IMG/VR virus record: IMGVR_UViG_3300021431_000002
Reading direction: 5' to 3' (one strand)
DNA: 29,590 bases
DNA from: a virus
Taxonomy: Duplodnaviria > Heunggongvirae > Uroviricota > Caudoviricetes
In this document: piece after piece, positions 1-7,548 of the stretch
Numbering within the stretch: position 1 is the stretch's first letter
Layout: every line of letters begins with the position of its first letter
Position numbers and translations under genes: made by a program
Notes under the pieces: model-generated
The model's input: the letters and a program-made list of their open reading frames with translations, nothing else
Database searches by the model: none
What the model was told of the DNA's origin: nothing

Positions 1-103
1 TACACTACCCTCTAAATAGAGGCACTATTAGTTTCCAAGTGAGCCATGTTGTACACCATGCGTCTCGAAACCTAACTATCATCCTCGAATGATTAACCTT
101 TTG

Positions 104-174
104 TAGCCTAGCTAGGAATCGAACCTAGTTTCTCTGCGTGAAAGGCAGTACTCCTACCAATATAGGACAAGGTC
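104..174 (-). tRNA. tRNA-Glu(TTC), degenerate/possible pseudogene
   Basis: GACCTTG-TC-CTATATTGGTAGGAG-T-ACTGC CTTTCAC GCAGA-GAAA-CTAGG TTCGATT CCTAG-CTAGGCT-A. Perfect T arm, but two acceptor mismatches, one D-stem mismatch and one anticodon-stem mismatch. No CCA. Confidence 0.7.
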
Positions 175-253
175 GTGTTAAAAACAAGTATAGAGGCGTA
201 TTTCTATGCCACTTAGTCCAAAGACTAAGAAACGCATATACTTGAAGCATGTT

Positions 254-343
254 TGTCACTTGTGGGAATCGAACCCATATCCGTAGGGCTGGCTTCCCTA
301 CCGCTTTGAATCTTTATGCGCACACCATTAAGCTATCCGCAAC
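254..343 (-). tRNA. tRNA-like relic with TCA triplet and long extra arm (Sec-like geometry, degenerate)
   Basis: TAGCTTAATGGT D-arm-like start; ...GATTCAAAG...; GTAGGG-AAGCCAG-CCCTAC extra arm; TGGG-TTCGATT-CCCA T arm; ~90 nt. Acceptor and anticodon stems are only partly paired. Confidence 0.35.
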
Positions 344-357
344 ACCATTGCTTTTTG

Positions 358-430
358 TAGCCCTAGGGAGGCTCGAACTCCCATTGCCTGCTTGAGAGGC
401 AAGTCTCCTAACCTGTTAGAGGATAGGGCC
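358..430 (-). tRNA. tRNA-Glu(CTC)
   Basis: GGCCCTA/TAGGGCT acceptor, CTCT/GGAG D stem, CTTGC-CTCTCAA-GCAGG anticodon arm, GGGAG-TTCGAGC-CTCCC T arm. No encoded CCA. Confidence 0.92.
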
Positions 431-625
431 ATATAAATATCCACTACGAACTACGAGAGCATGTCTCATGGACTATGACGGTCAACCGAAGTCTTATTAA
501 GTATCACGTGCTACACCGTCAAGACTTTTGTATGTGTAAAGGGAACAGATAAAAATCGTTTTTTCTAAAACCCAAATTTAGTAACTAATTTTTTTAAATT
601 ATTACTTGCTGTGTGTTCCCACTTG

Positions 626-696
626 TAGCGCATAGGGGAATCGAACCCCTGTTCTCACATCGAAAGTGTGGTGTCCTACCACTAGACGAATGCGCC
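626..696 (-). tRNA. tRNA-Glu(TTC)
   Basis: GGCGCAT/ATGCGCT acceptor, GTCT-AGTGGT-AGGAC D arm, CCACA-CTTTCGA-TGTGA anticodon arm, AGGGG-TTCGATT-CCCCT T arm. No encoded CCA. Confidence 0.92.
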
Positions 697-700
697 ATTT

Positions 701-854
701 CTGAAGGGTGGGTAGTTTGTACCTACATTCTTGGAGTAGTAAATCCACTCATGTCCTAACATTTGAACGACCTGCAACACATCTGAATTTATAATGTTAC
801 TGTTTCAAACACTGTTCGCATTGGTATTGAACCATCAGTGTGCCACCCCTTCAA
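701..854 (-). ncRNA. Candidate ~150-nt structured ncRNA (Y RNA/YrlA-like architecture)
   Basis: Begins just after a -33/-7 promoter and ends 4 nt before tRNA-Glu. The ends pair (TTGAAGGG-G-TGG / CCACCCTTCAG: 10 WC pairs, 1 GU, one bulged G). A T-loop-like TGG-TTCAATA-CCA follows the 5' strand, with further internal helices. Confidence 0.55.
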
Positions 855-859
855 CGATG

Positions 860-891
860 CAAAGATATGAAAAAAAATTGGAATAACCAAA
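860..891 (-). promoter_or_regulatory. Bacteroidota-type -33/-7 promoter for the ncRNA/tRNA cluster
   Basis: TTTG (891-888), 20-nt spacer, TATCTTTG (867-860). Confidence 0.85.
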
Positions 892-927
892 TTTTTCGCT
901 AACTTTTAACATATTTAAACGTTTTAA

Positions 928-955
928 GGGTGAACATTCCGTAGATTGTTCACCC
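928..955 (-). terminator. 9-bp hairpin, possible terminator
   Basis: GGGTGAACA / TGTTCACCC inverted repeat; U-tract weak. Confidence 0.4.
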
Positions 956-1025
956 AATATTATATATAATAAACATTATTTGCTAAATAAGGTATATATA
1001 ATAATTATATGATACGAATCTACAC

Positions 1026-1109
1026 TTAACCTACGCACACGCCTCCTAGTCTTGGATATTCATACCCAAGTTCATAAGGCTGTTCTATATGCAGATTAAA
1101 TGTAATCAT
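1026..1109 (-). CDS. Possible 27-aa small ORF (not in ORF track)
   Basis: ATG at 1109 after an A/T-rich leader; MITFNLHIEQPYELGYEYPRLGGVCVG*. No family recognised. Confidence 0.25.
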   Translation of the reverse strand: MITFNLHIEQPYELGYEYPRLGGVCVG

Positions 1110-1181
1110 ATTATTATTAAAATTTGTCGTTTATTATAAATATAAATGTTTTTTAAAAAGTTTCAAGAGAAAATAAAAAAA

Positions 1182-1628
1182 TTATTCTCTTTCGTGTTTA
1201 GATGCTTCATACTCTTCCCAAGATGCCCTAATTTCTGGGGTTATTTCTTGGTAGATATTTGTTCCCTTTGCAATGCCATAAACTTTTTTAGTCCATCCAA
1301 AAATAGTAGACATTGTGCTACCAATCTTAAACCACAATTCGTTTGTGTGACTAGCATCAGAGATTTCCCATACTTGATGTACCATTGGGTACTCATGACC
1401 CATACCATCATCCAAAATACAGAATACCGCATCACCCCTTTTCACATCTATTGGAACACAAGGCGTTATTTTGCAGTACTCCATGTGGTTTATCAATGGC
1501 TGCATAGATGTTCCAGCTTCCCAATGTAAAACAGTTTCGCCATTTTTCAAGGCTTCTGCTATTTCCCATGAGTCTTGAACAACCCTCATTCCATCTATTT
1601 CTCTCGGTTCATTTACAATCTTTTTCAT
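1182..1628 (-). CDS. S24/S26-family peptidase-like protein
   Basis: GTSMQPLI (catalytic Ser motif), GDAVF and PMVHQV (His at the general-base position). ATGA overlap with the upstream gene. Confidence 0.55.
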   Translation of the reverse strand: MKKIVNEPREIDGMRVVQDSWEIAEALKNGETVLHWEAGTSMQPLINHMEYCKITPCVPIDVKRGDAVFCILDDGMGHEYPMVHQVWEISDASHTNELWFKIGSTMSTIFGWTKKVYGIAKGTNIYQEITPEIRASWEEYEASKHERE

Positions 1629-3013
1629 AAATTATTCAATAATTTTTTAAAGTTCTCGTCTACACTTTTTCTATACGCTTTATTGGAAACAATTCTACGT
1701 ATATCACCTAAACCGCTAAGTTTAGACATTGTGCTTAAATCTTCACTGATTATAGTTAATGACTTATCCAATGAATCAAAATAGGTGTCTAATGTATTGA
1801 CAATCATATCAATAGACCCAACACTTCCATTGAAATTCAAATTGGGAATGGGTGGAAAGGAAGGTAATTTCATATGATACCCTCTCATTCTGTCCACTGC
1901 TGCCTCTGCACGTCTGCGCTGTTCCTTTATGCGTTTTTCTTCTTCGGCTATCTTACGTTTACGCTCTTCTTCAATTTTACGTGCTTTCTCAGCCTTTTTT
2001 CTAGCCTTTTCTGCTTTTAAAGCCTCATATTCCTCAACGGTGTATGCCCCTAGTTCATCCCAACTAATTTCAAAAAATTCTGTTGGGTTAATACCTTCTA
2101 GATATTTAGGTTCTACGCCAAAACACCTATCAATTGAATCATAATAGCCATGTTGTGCGTTTCCATATTCCATTTTGAGTCTAATCATAACAAAAATAGT
2201 ATCTTCAGAAGAGATAAAATTAGCATGATTGAACAATAAATTTTTGGGATATACTAATTCAATATCAAGATTTGTATTATCATTGATTACGAATCCGTTT
2301 CCAAATACAATAGGCTCTTTACTTGTAACTCTAATTGTGTCGATAAAATGTTTCTCTGTAATAAGATGCCCACTAGGTGTTAAAACATACCCATCTAAAT
2401 AATCTTTAAACCCATCTAGTCTAAGTAATATAAATCTAATTGTGTTATCAATATCACTAACTGGTGTTGTAGAAAGATTATTTTTATCAAACGGGATTTT
2501 TTCTTTCACCCTAGTCCAAGGAAGATTTTTTGGGAATAATTGTAGCCCCTTCTCATACTCGATTCCATGATAATCACAATCATTTTTAGAGAGGGTAAAA
2601 ACAATCCCTTGTTCTCCAGAAATTTGTTTAACAATCACAGAATTAATGCTAGTCCCGTAAAAATCGTCTACGACTTTTACTAACTTATAGACTTTCTCCT
2701 CCATTTCAAATCCATCACAAGAAACCCCTTTCAAAGAATAATTTTCCCCTTCAATAAATTTAGGGGAAAATTTCTCTGATTCGTCAATAACACCTAAGTT
2801 AGTGAAATCAACAGCTTCAAATAGATTTTTAGGCTGAGTATATAATTTCTCTACTTTTTCTTTACTATTTGTATCCTCTATAGTGTTTTCAACTGTTAGC
2901 CAATCCATAACATATTTCATATCATCCATAGGACTTAAATATTCCAATTTTTTTGAAAAATTAATTAGGATATTTTTAGGCCTTTCAATACGTGGTGGAG
3001 TCACTTTTCCCAT
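1625..3013 (-). CDS. Hypothetical protein, 462 aa, with charged coiled coil near the C-terminus
   Basis: Long ORF, TAATG-coupled to telA; E/K/R-rich helix (KAEKARKKAEKARKIEEERKRK). Confidence 0.85.
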   Translation of the reverse strand: MGKVTPPRIERPKNILINFSKKLEYLSPMDDMKYVMDWLTVENTIEDTNSKEKVEKLYTQPKNLFEAVDFTNLGVIDESEKFSPKFIEGENYSLKGVSCDGFEMEEKVYKLVKVVDDFYGTSINSVIVKQISGEQGIVFTLSKNDCDYHGIEYEKGLQLFPKNLPWTRVKEKIPFDKNNLSTTPVSDIDNTIRFILLRLDGFKDYLDGYVLTPSGHLITEKHFIDTIRVTSKEPIVFGNGFVINDNTNLDIELVYPKNLLFNHANFISSEDTIFVMIRLKMEYGNAQHGYYDSIDRCFGVEPKYLEGINPTEFFEISWDELGAYTVEEYEALKAEKARKKAEKARKIEEERKRKIAEEEKRIKEQRRRAEAAVDRMRGYHMKLPSFPPIPNLNFNGSVGSIDMIVNTLDTYFDSLDKSLTIISEDLSTMSKLSGLGDIRRIVSNKAYRKSVDENFKKLLNNL

Positions 3014-4314
3014 TATTCTTCAAGAAGTCTATCTTTTCCTTTCAATTCTTTTGCAATAACCCTCTGGGTTGAAGTGGCAACACCAATTGCAGTCTGAGAC
3101 ATCTGTTTTTCGAGTTTAAACAACTCTGCCTCAGCAGCAGCACGTTTCTGAGCACCCTCTTGCTGTGCTTTCTGTACACCCTCAACGGTAGCAAGAAGGT
3201 CTGCTGTTGTTTTACGAAGAGTCTCAATGTCGATTACTGTACGCTGATTCTGTTTAGCAACCTCAATGGCTTGCGTCTTCATCATTTCAGCGTTTTTCTT
3301 GAATATCTCGTTTGTTGTTTCAGAAACCTTACTACTTATCTCAAGCGTCTGTTTCTGGTCATACAAGGCAACAGCCAATGAAAGCTGATTCTTCCAAAGA
3401 GGAATTGTCATAGCAATCTGTTGCTCAGTATTATTAGCGTTCATGATATTTGTACGCTGGATAATACGAATCTGTGTCAATGACTGCTTGAATGCATAAC
3501 GAAGCATTGTAAGGTCTGTGAGACGTTTATCAAGAGAATTCTTATACTCTTCCACATCGCTAATCTGATAGTCATCATACTCTTCAGAATTAGTCTTCAT
3601 ATCATCAATGAGTTTGTCAAGTTCTTGAGACTTTATCTTACCAGCGATGATAAGCTCTCCAAGTTGCTCTACATAGTCGACATTATTCTCAAATTGTTTC
3701 TGCAAGAGATTGTTATCACGAATCGAAATCTGACGAGCAGTTTCCAATTTCTTCACAATACCATCAATATTTTTTTCAATGGTATCATATTTTGCTTTAA
3801 TTTGTTCTACGCTAACAACAAGTTTACGGAGTCCTGGAATCTTCCTCAAAAACCTTTTAACAGCACTAGGTGCTTCAAGGTCATCAATATTAACTTCATG
3901 CAACTCGCCAAGAAGATTTGAAATGAGTTCTGCTGATTCGATGCTGTTTTTTGAGTCGAAAGTCTGTTTCAAAAAGTCACTAGAATATGTATCCATTGCT
4001 CTCTGAAGGTCAGAACCATAACTAGCAATGCTAGTCAAGTCTTTTTCGTCAAGAACCTTTGCAATCTCGTTGTAATATGCTTTTTTCTGGCTTGAAATTG
4101 TTGTCAAATCTATCTCCCCATCATCAGACAACCTTGTTCTTGGCACATTAGGTGTTTCGCTTTCACCGTTAAGTTCGTTTTCTACTTCTTGGGTGATTGC
4201 CTCTACCTCTGCCTTTTTCTCTTTTGCATTTCGCTTAACAGTAGCTTTACGCTTTGGTTTAACTTCCTTTACTTCTACGTCGACTAATGTCTCTTCATTT
4301 ACCTTTTTTGCCAT
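3013..4314 (-). CDS. telA: Toxic anion resistance protein (TelA/KlaB family)
   Basis: SIASYGSDLQ, L..LL..L, QIKAKYDTIEKNIDGI, L.RDN..L, QIRIIQRTN, MTIPLWKNQL..A, LRKN-like FKKNAEMMK and VIDIETL motifs typical of TelA. Confidence 0.85.
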   Translation of the reverse strand: MAKKVNEETLVDVEVKEVKPKRKATVKRNAKEKKAEVEAITQEVENELNGESETPNVPRTRLSDDGEIDLTTISSQKKAYYNEIAKVLDEKDLTSIASYGSDLQRAMDTYSSDFLKQTFDSKNSIESAELISNLLGELHEVNIDDLEAPSAVKRFLRKIPGLRKLVVSVEQIKAKYDTIEKNIDGIVKKLETARQISIRDNNLLQKQFENNVDYVEQLGELIIAGKIKSQELDKLIDDMKTNSEEYDDYQISDVEEYKNSLDKRLTDLTMLRYAFKQSLTQIRIIQRTNIMNANNTEQQIAMTIPLWKNQLSLAVALYDQKQTLEISSKVSETTNEIFKKNAEMMKTQAIEVAKQNQRTVIDIETLRKTTADLLATVEGVQKAQQEGAQKRAAAEAELFKLEKQMSQTAIGVATSTQRVIAKELKGKDRLLEE

Positions 4315-4352
4315 TTTATTCTTTTAATTAGTTATTATTCAAAACTTTTGTG

Positions 4353-4383
4353 CAAAGATATATATTTTTTCTCTAATTCCAAA
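4353..4383 (-). promoter_or_regulatory. -33/-7 promoter of the telA operon
   Basis: TTTG (4383-4380), N19, TATCTTTG (4360-4353). Confidence 0.8.
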
Positions 4384-4492
4384 AATTTCTATATTAAAGA
4401 ATGTTAATCTAAGCACCTATTTTATCGTATTTTTTTTTACTACAACTCATATTTTTAAAAAATGGGCAACGTTTTGGAAATATCAGCTACTT

Positions 4493-4529
4493 AAAAAAAA
4501 AACAAAAACCGCCCAAATTAATGAGCGGT
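4493..4529 (-). terminator. Intrinsic terminator after ssb
   Basis: ACCGCTCA-TTAATT-TGGGCGGT followed by a long U-tract. Confidence 0.85.
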
Positions 4530-4536
4530 AATTTGT

Positions 4537-4980
4537 TTAGAATGGCAAATCATCATCGCCATTACTTTCCACAACCTCTTGAGTTACTGCTGGAGCTGCT
4601 GCTTTCGCTGTAGGTTTTGGCGTTAACTTGCCAGTCTCAGTTACAGCATCATTTGTTTGAGTCCCACCGCTGTTACCATTATTGCCAAAATCTACTCTGT
4701 CGGCAAAGACATCAACAGATACGGCATTTTCACCATTTTTTGTGGTATAAGTAGAGAATTTAGGCACTCCCCTTACCACAACTGAACTACCTTTCTTAAA
4801 ATGTTCAGCCATTTTAACGGCACGGTCTCCACTCCAAAGTACGTTTACCCAAGTGGTTATGTTTTCTCCACCAATGTAGTCATTGGTTGCGACTCTTAAA
4901 GAAACAAATTGGTTTCCTTTGGTGGAAGTCTTTAGTTCGGCATCAGCCCCTAATCTTCCATTTACCTCGATGTACGTCAT
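4537..4980 (-). CDS. ssb: Single-stranded DNA-binding protein
   Basis: GRLGADAE OB-fold start, TTWVNV, KGSSVVVRG, acidic C-terminal DDDLPF tail. Confidence 0.95.
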   Translation of the reverse strand: MTYIEVNGRLGADAELKTSTKGNQFVSLRVATNDYIGGENITTWVNVLWSGDRAVKMAEHFKKGSSVVVRGVPKFSTYTTKNGENAVSVDVFADRVDFGNNGNSGGTQTNDAVTETGKLTPKPTAKAAAPAVTQEVVESNGDDDLPF

Positions 4981-4991
4981 TTCTTAAAATA

Positions 4992-5255
4992 TTAATTTGT
5001 TAGAAAAATTATTAGATTTTTAGAATCATCACTAAGTGACCAACCTTGTTTTTGCATCGTTTCTAGTTCTCCACTAGTTATTTTAGACTTGGCTAAATCA
5101 CTCACGTTGATTTCGTAATAATAATCCAAAGTTGATTTGTCCATTTGCAGTTTAACCTCAACAAATTTTGCTATATTGGCTAAATCTACTGCACTTATTT
5201 TATTATAAGATAAAGTATTGTTGTTAAAAACTGTTTTTATATCCTCTAAACTCAT
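4992..5255 (-). CDS. Hypothetical protein, 87 aa
   Basis: ORF directly downstream of the promoter at 5276. Confidence 0.75.
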   Translation of the reverse strand: MSLEDIKTVFNNNTLSYNKISAVDLANIAKFVEVKLQMDKSTLDYYYEINVSDLAKSKITSGELETMQKQGWSLSDDSKNLIIFLTN

Positions 5256-5275
5256 ATCTCATATGTTTCGTAGTG

Positions 5276-5307
5276 CAAAGATATGTTATTTTTTTTTAAT
5301 TTCCAAA
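5276..5307 (-). promoter_or_regulatory. -33/-7 promoter for the ssb unit
   Basis: TTTG (5307-5304), N20, TATCTTTG (5283-5276). Confidence 0.8.
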
Positions 5308-5314
5308 TTTTTCT

Positions 5315-5353
5315 AAAAAAAAATGAGAGAGAATTAAAAATCCTCACTCATTT
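5315..5353 (-). terminator. Intrinsic terminator overlapping the rtcB stop
   Basis: AAATGAG...CTCATTT stem with inner pairs, followed by a U-run. Confidence 0.65.
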
Positions 5354-6708
5354 ATCTTTTTGGTATCTGAAGCTTTTATGTTCATGCGAGGTTTCATCAT
5401 ATACAGAACACTGACTGTAGGTTCTATCAGTTTGATTATTTCCTCATAAGGTTTATACGCTGCTGGGGATTCATCTAATGTTGAAGCGTCTGCTGTAGTA
5501 GTGTATACTCCTGCTGCCTCCATAGTAGCCTTAAAATCTTCAATATTAAGCTGTTCTTTTGCTTTACTGCGACTGAGGCATCTACCACAGCCATGTGGGG
5601 CTGTATAGTTCCAATCCTCGTTTGACTTACCCTCACAAATTGATATACCATCCATCATATTAAACGGTATGATAACTCTTTCGCCCTCGTAAGCACGAAT
5701 AGCGCCTTTACGAATCATCATATTTGGCTTACCCGTCAATGCCTTAAGGTCATAGTCGATGTAGTTGTGTGTTGTGTGTATCGTATCAATCACATTAACT
5801 CCCTTCGCCATTTTTCTGTATATCTCAACAACTTGCTCAATGATAACATCATGGTTCAAACGAGCATATTCTTGGGCAAGTAACACATCTACTAAATAGC
5901 CCATAAGATTTTCCCCACTAAGGTATCCAGGAATCTTCTTTGAAAGGTACTCTTCTTTTGCAGCCTTTAACTCAGTGCTCAAATTCCTTTTATCAGTGTT
6001 TTTGAGTTTCACCGAATCAGTAAGTGCTTTCATTTCCTCTTTGGTAATGGTCATACTCTTGGCAATTTTATTCCAATAGTTAAACACCTTCAACCCTAGG
6101 TTACGAGAGCCACAATGAACACATACGCAATATTTGCCTAATTCATCGTTAACATCATATTCAAGGAAATGATTACCTCCACCAACTGAGCCAATAGACT
6201 TGAGAAACGTTCCATAATCCATATTGAACTTTCCGCACCAGTTTTCCAAATCTCTCTCGTTGGAAAATTCTACTCGATATGGTGCAAGTTGCGGATAACA
6301 CGAACACATACGGTTAAGTACAGAGTTGAAACGTTTAATAATGGTTTTAATATCAGCTTTCTTTTTATCATTAATATCAAAACCAAAAGGTATTACCTTT
6401 CTGATTTTATGCTCAAACTCTTTCATATCTTCTGCCGACAATTCCCTATCAAAGAAAACTGCTGAAATCGTGCAACCAATATCACAGCCTACGTGCTCTG
6501 GATTAACATGGTCTTTTTCAAGATTAATTGGGCAAGAAAAACCAATGACAATACCTTTACCATCATGGCAATCTGGCATTATCCTTATTTTTCTATCCTT
6601 AAATGCAATACAATCTGCAATGCGATATATAGTTGATAATGCTGATTCCTCAACGTTATCTGTAAAAACCTTTACGTCCTTACAATATTGTCCTTTTATC
6701 TCAATCAT
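5344..6708 (-). CDS. rtcB: RtcB family RNA 3'-phosphate/5'-OH ligase
   Basis: IMPDCH, VGCDIGC, GSVGGGNHFLE, HCGSRNLG, HNY, RKGA, IIPFNM, APHGCGR and DESPAAYK motifs. Confidence 0.95.
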   Translation of the reverse strand: MIEIKGQYCKDVKVFTDNVEESALSTIYRIADCIAFKDRKIRIMPDCHDGKGIVIGFSCPINLEKDHVNPEHVGCDIGCTISAVFFDRELSAEDMKEFEHKIRKVIPFGFDINDKKKADIKTIIKRFNSVLNRMCSCYPQLAPYRVEFSNERDLENWCGKFNMDYGTFLKSIGSVGGGNHFLEYDVNDELGKYCVCVHCGSRNLGLKVFNYWNKIAKSMTITKEEMKALTDSVKLKNTDKRNLSTELKAAKEEYLSKKIPGYLSGENLMGYLVDVLLAQEYARLNHDVIIEQVVEIYRKMAKGVNVIDTIHTTHNYIDYDLKALTGKPNMMIRKGAIRAYEGERVIIPFNMMDGISICEGKSNEDWNYTAPHGCGRCLSRSKAKEQLNIEDFKATMEAAGVYTTTADASTLDESPAAYKPYEEIIKLIEPTVSVLYMMKPRMNIKASDTKKINE

Positions 6709-6769
6709 ATTATATATTAATCTTGTCTATATACTTTTCAATTTTATCTTTCTGTCTCATTGGAAGAAA

Positions 6770-7207
6770 CTATTTTAACTTTTTCAACTCATTTAATGCG
6801 TATTCACAAGCATTATACAACTTTTCGTCCTCAAATATCTTTTTCAGAATTTTGTCCTTACGTTCATCAGATGTTGAAAGTTTATAACCTTTAATAAGTG
6901 CTAATACCGTAGCAAATGGTCTTGTGTTCACCGTAATAAACTCTTTATTACCCATTTTACGATACACACTAACAGATTCAAATTCGTCAACCCAAGCTGG
7001 ACGATTAGCTTTTATTTCTGCTAGCCTTACACTAGCACCACCTTCATCGAAATATTCCCATGCTTCGTTAATGTTAGTTGTGAGTTGATATTCCACATAA
7101 CTCATGAGGACTCCATCACACATTTTCCGTTCTGTTGACCAATTTTTAAAATAGCTAGTTACGCCATCTTTATCGATAAATTTGATTAAAAATCTACTTT
7201 TTGCCAT
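6770..7207 (-). CDS. Hypothetical protein, 145 aa
   Basis: Co-directional ORF in the rtcB transcription unit. Confidence 0.75.
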   Translation of the reverse strand: MAKSRFLIKFIDKDGVTSYFKNWSTERKMCDGVLMSYVEYQLTTNINEAWEYFDEGGASVRLAEIKANRPAWVDEFESVSVYRKMGNKEFITVNTRPFATVLALIKGYKLSTSDERKDKILKKIFEDEKLYNACEYALNELKKLK

Positions 7208-7216
7208 ATTTAATAT

Positions 7217-7456
7217 TTATAATTTTATTACTCCACATTCAATACAAGATGCAAGCCACTTTTGTTTTATGGGGTCTCCATTGAGAGCTTCCATAATCCA
7301 TGCTTGCCTTGTTTGCCTACTTTTCTCACGTAAGAATTCCCTTTCCCATGAGAATAAATCGTCCTTCTGTTCCTCGCAGAGTGCCCCATAAGCAGCTTCT
7401 CTAGCTTCTTTACGCATCTTTTGGCGTTTTATTAACTTCTGTATAAACTTAATCAT
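7217..7456 (-). CDS. Hypothetical protein, 79 aa
   Basis: First ORF after the promoter at 7476. Confidence 0.7.
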   Translation of the reverse strand: MIKFIQKLIKRQKMRKEAREAAYGALCEEQKDDLFSWEREFLREKSRQTRQAWIMEALNGDPIKQKWLASCIECGVIKL

Positions 7457-7475
7457 AGATTTATTGTTTCTGCTG

Positions 7476-7507
7476 CAAAGGTACGAAAAAAATCTGAGAC
7501 AGCCAAA
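7476..7507 (-). promoter_or_regulatory. -33/-7 promoter for the rtcB unit
   Basis: TTTG (7507-7504), N20, TACCTTTG (7483-7476). Confidence 0.8.
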
Positions 7508-7523
7508 ACAATCTCAGATTTTT
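7486..7523 (-). terminator. Intrinsic terminator after nadE, overlapping the next promoter
   Basis: AAAAATCTGAGA / TCTCAGATTTTT 12-bp perfect stem ending in a T7 run. Confidence 0.75.
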
Positions 7524-7548
7524 AACTTTATTTAAACGTAAGAGTATG

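Noticed and set aside
1-14. Possible 5' end of another tRNA (minus strand TAGAGGG-TA-GTGT-A) running off the window
   Set aside because: Only 14 nt are visible; cannot be supported.
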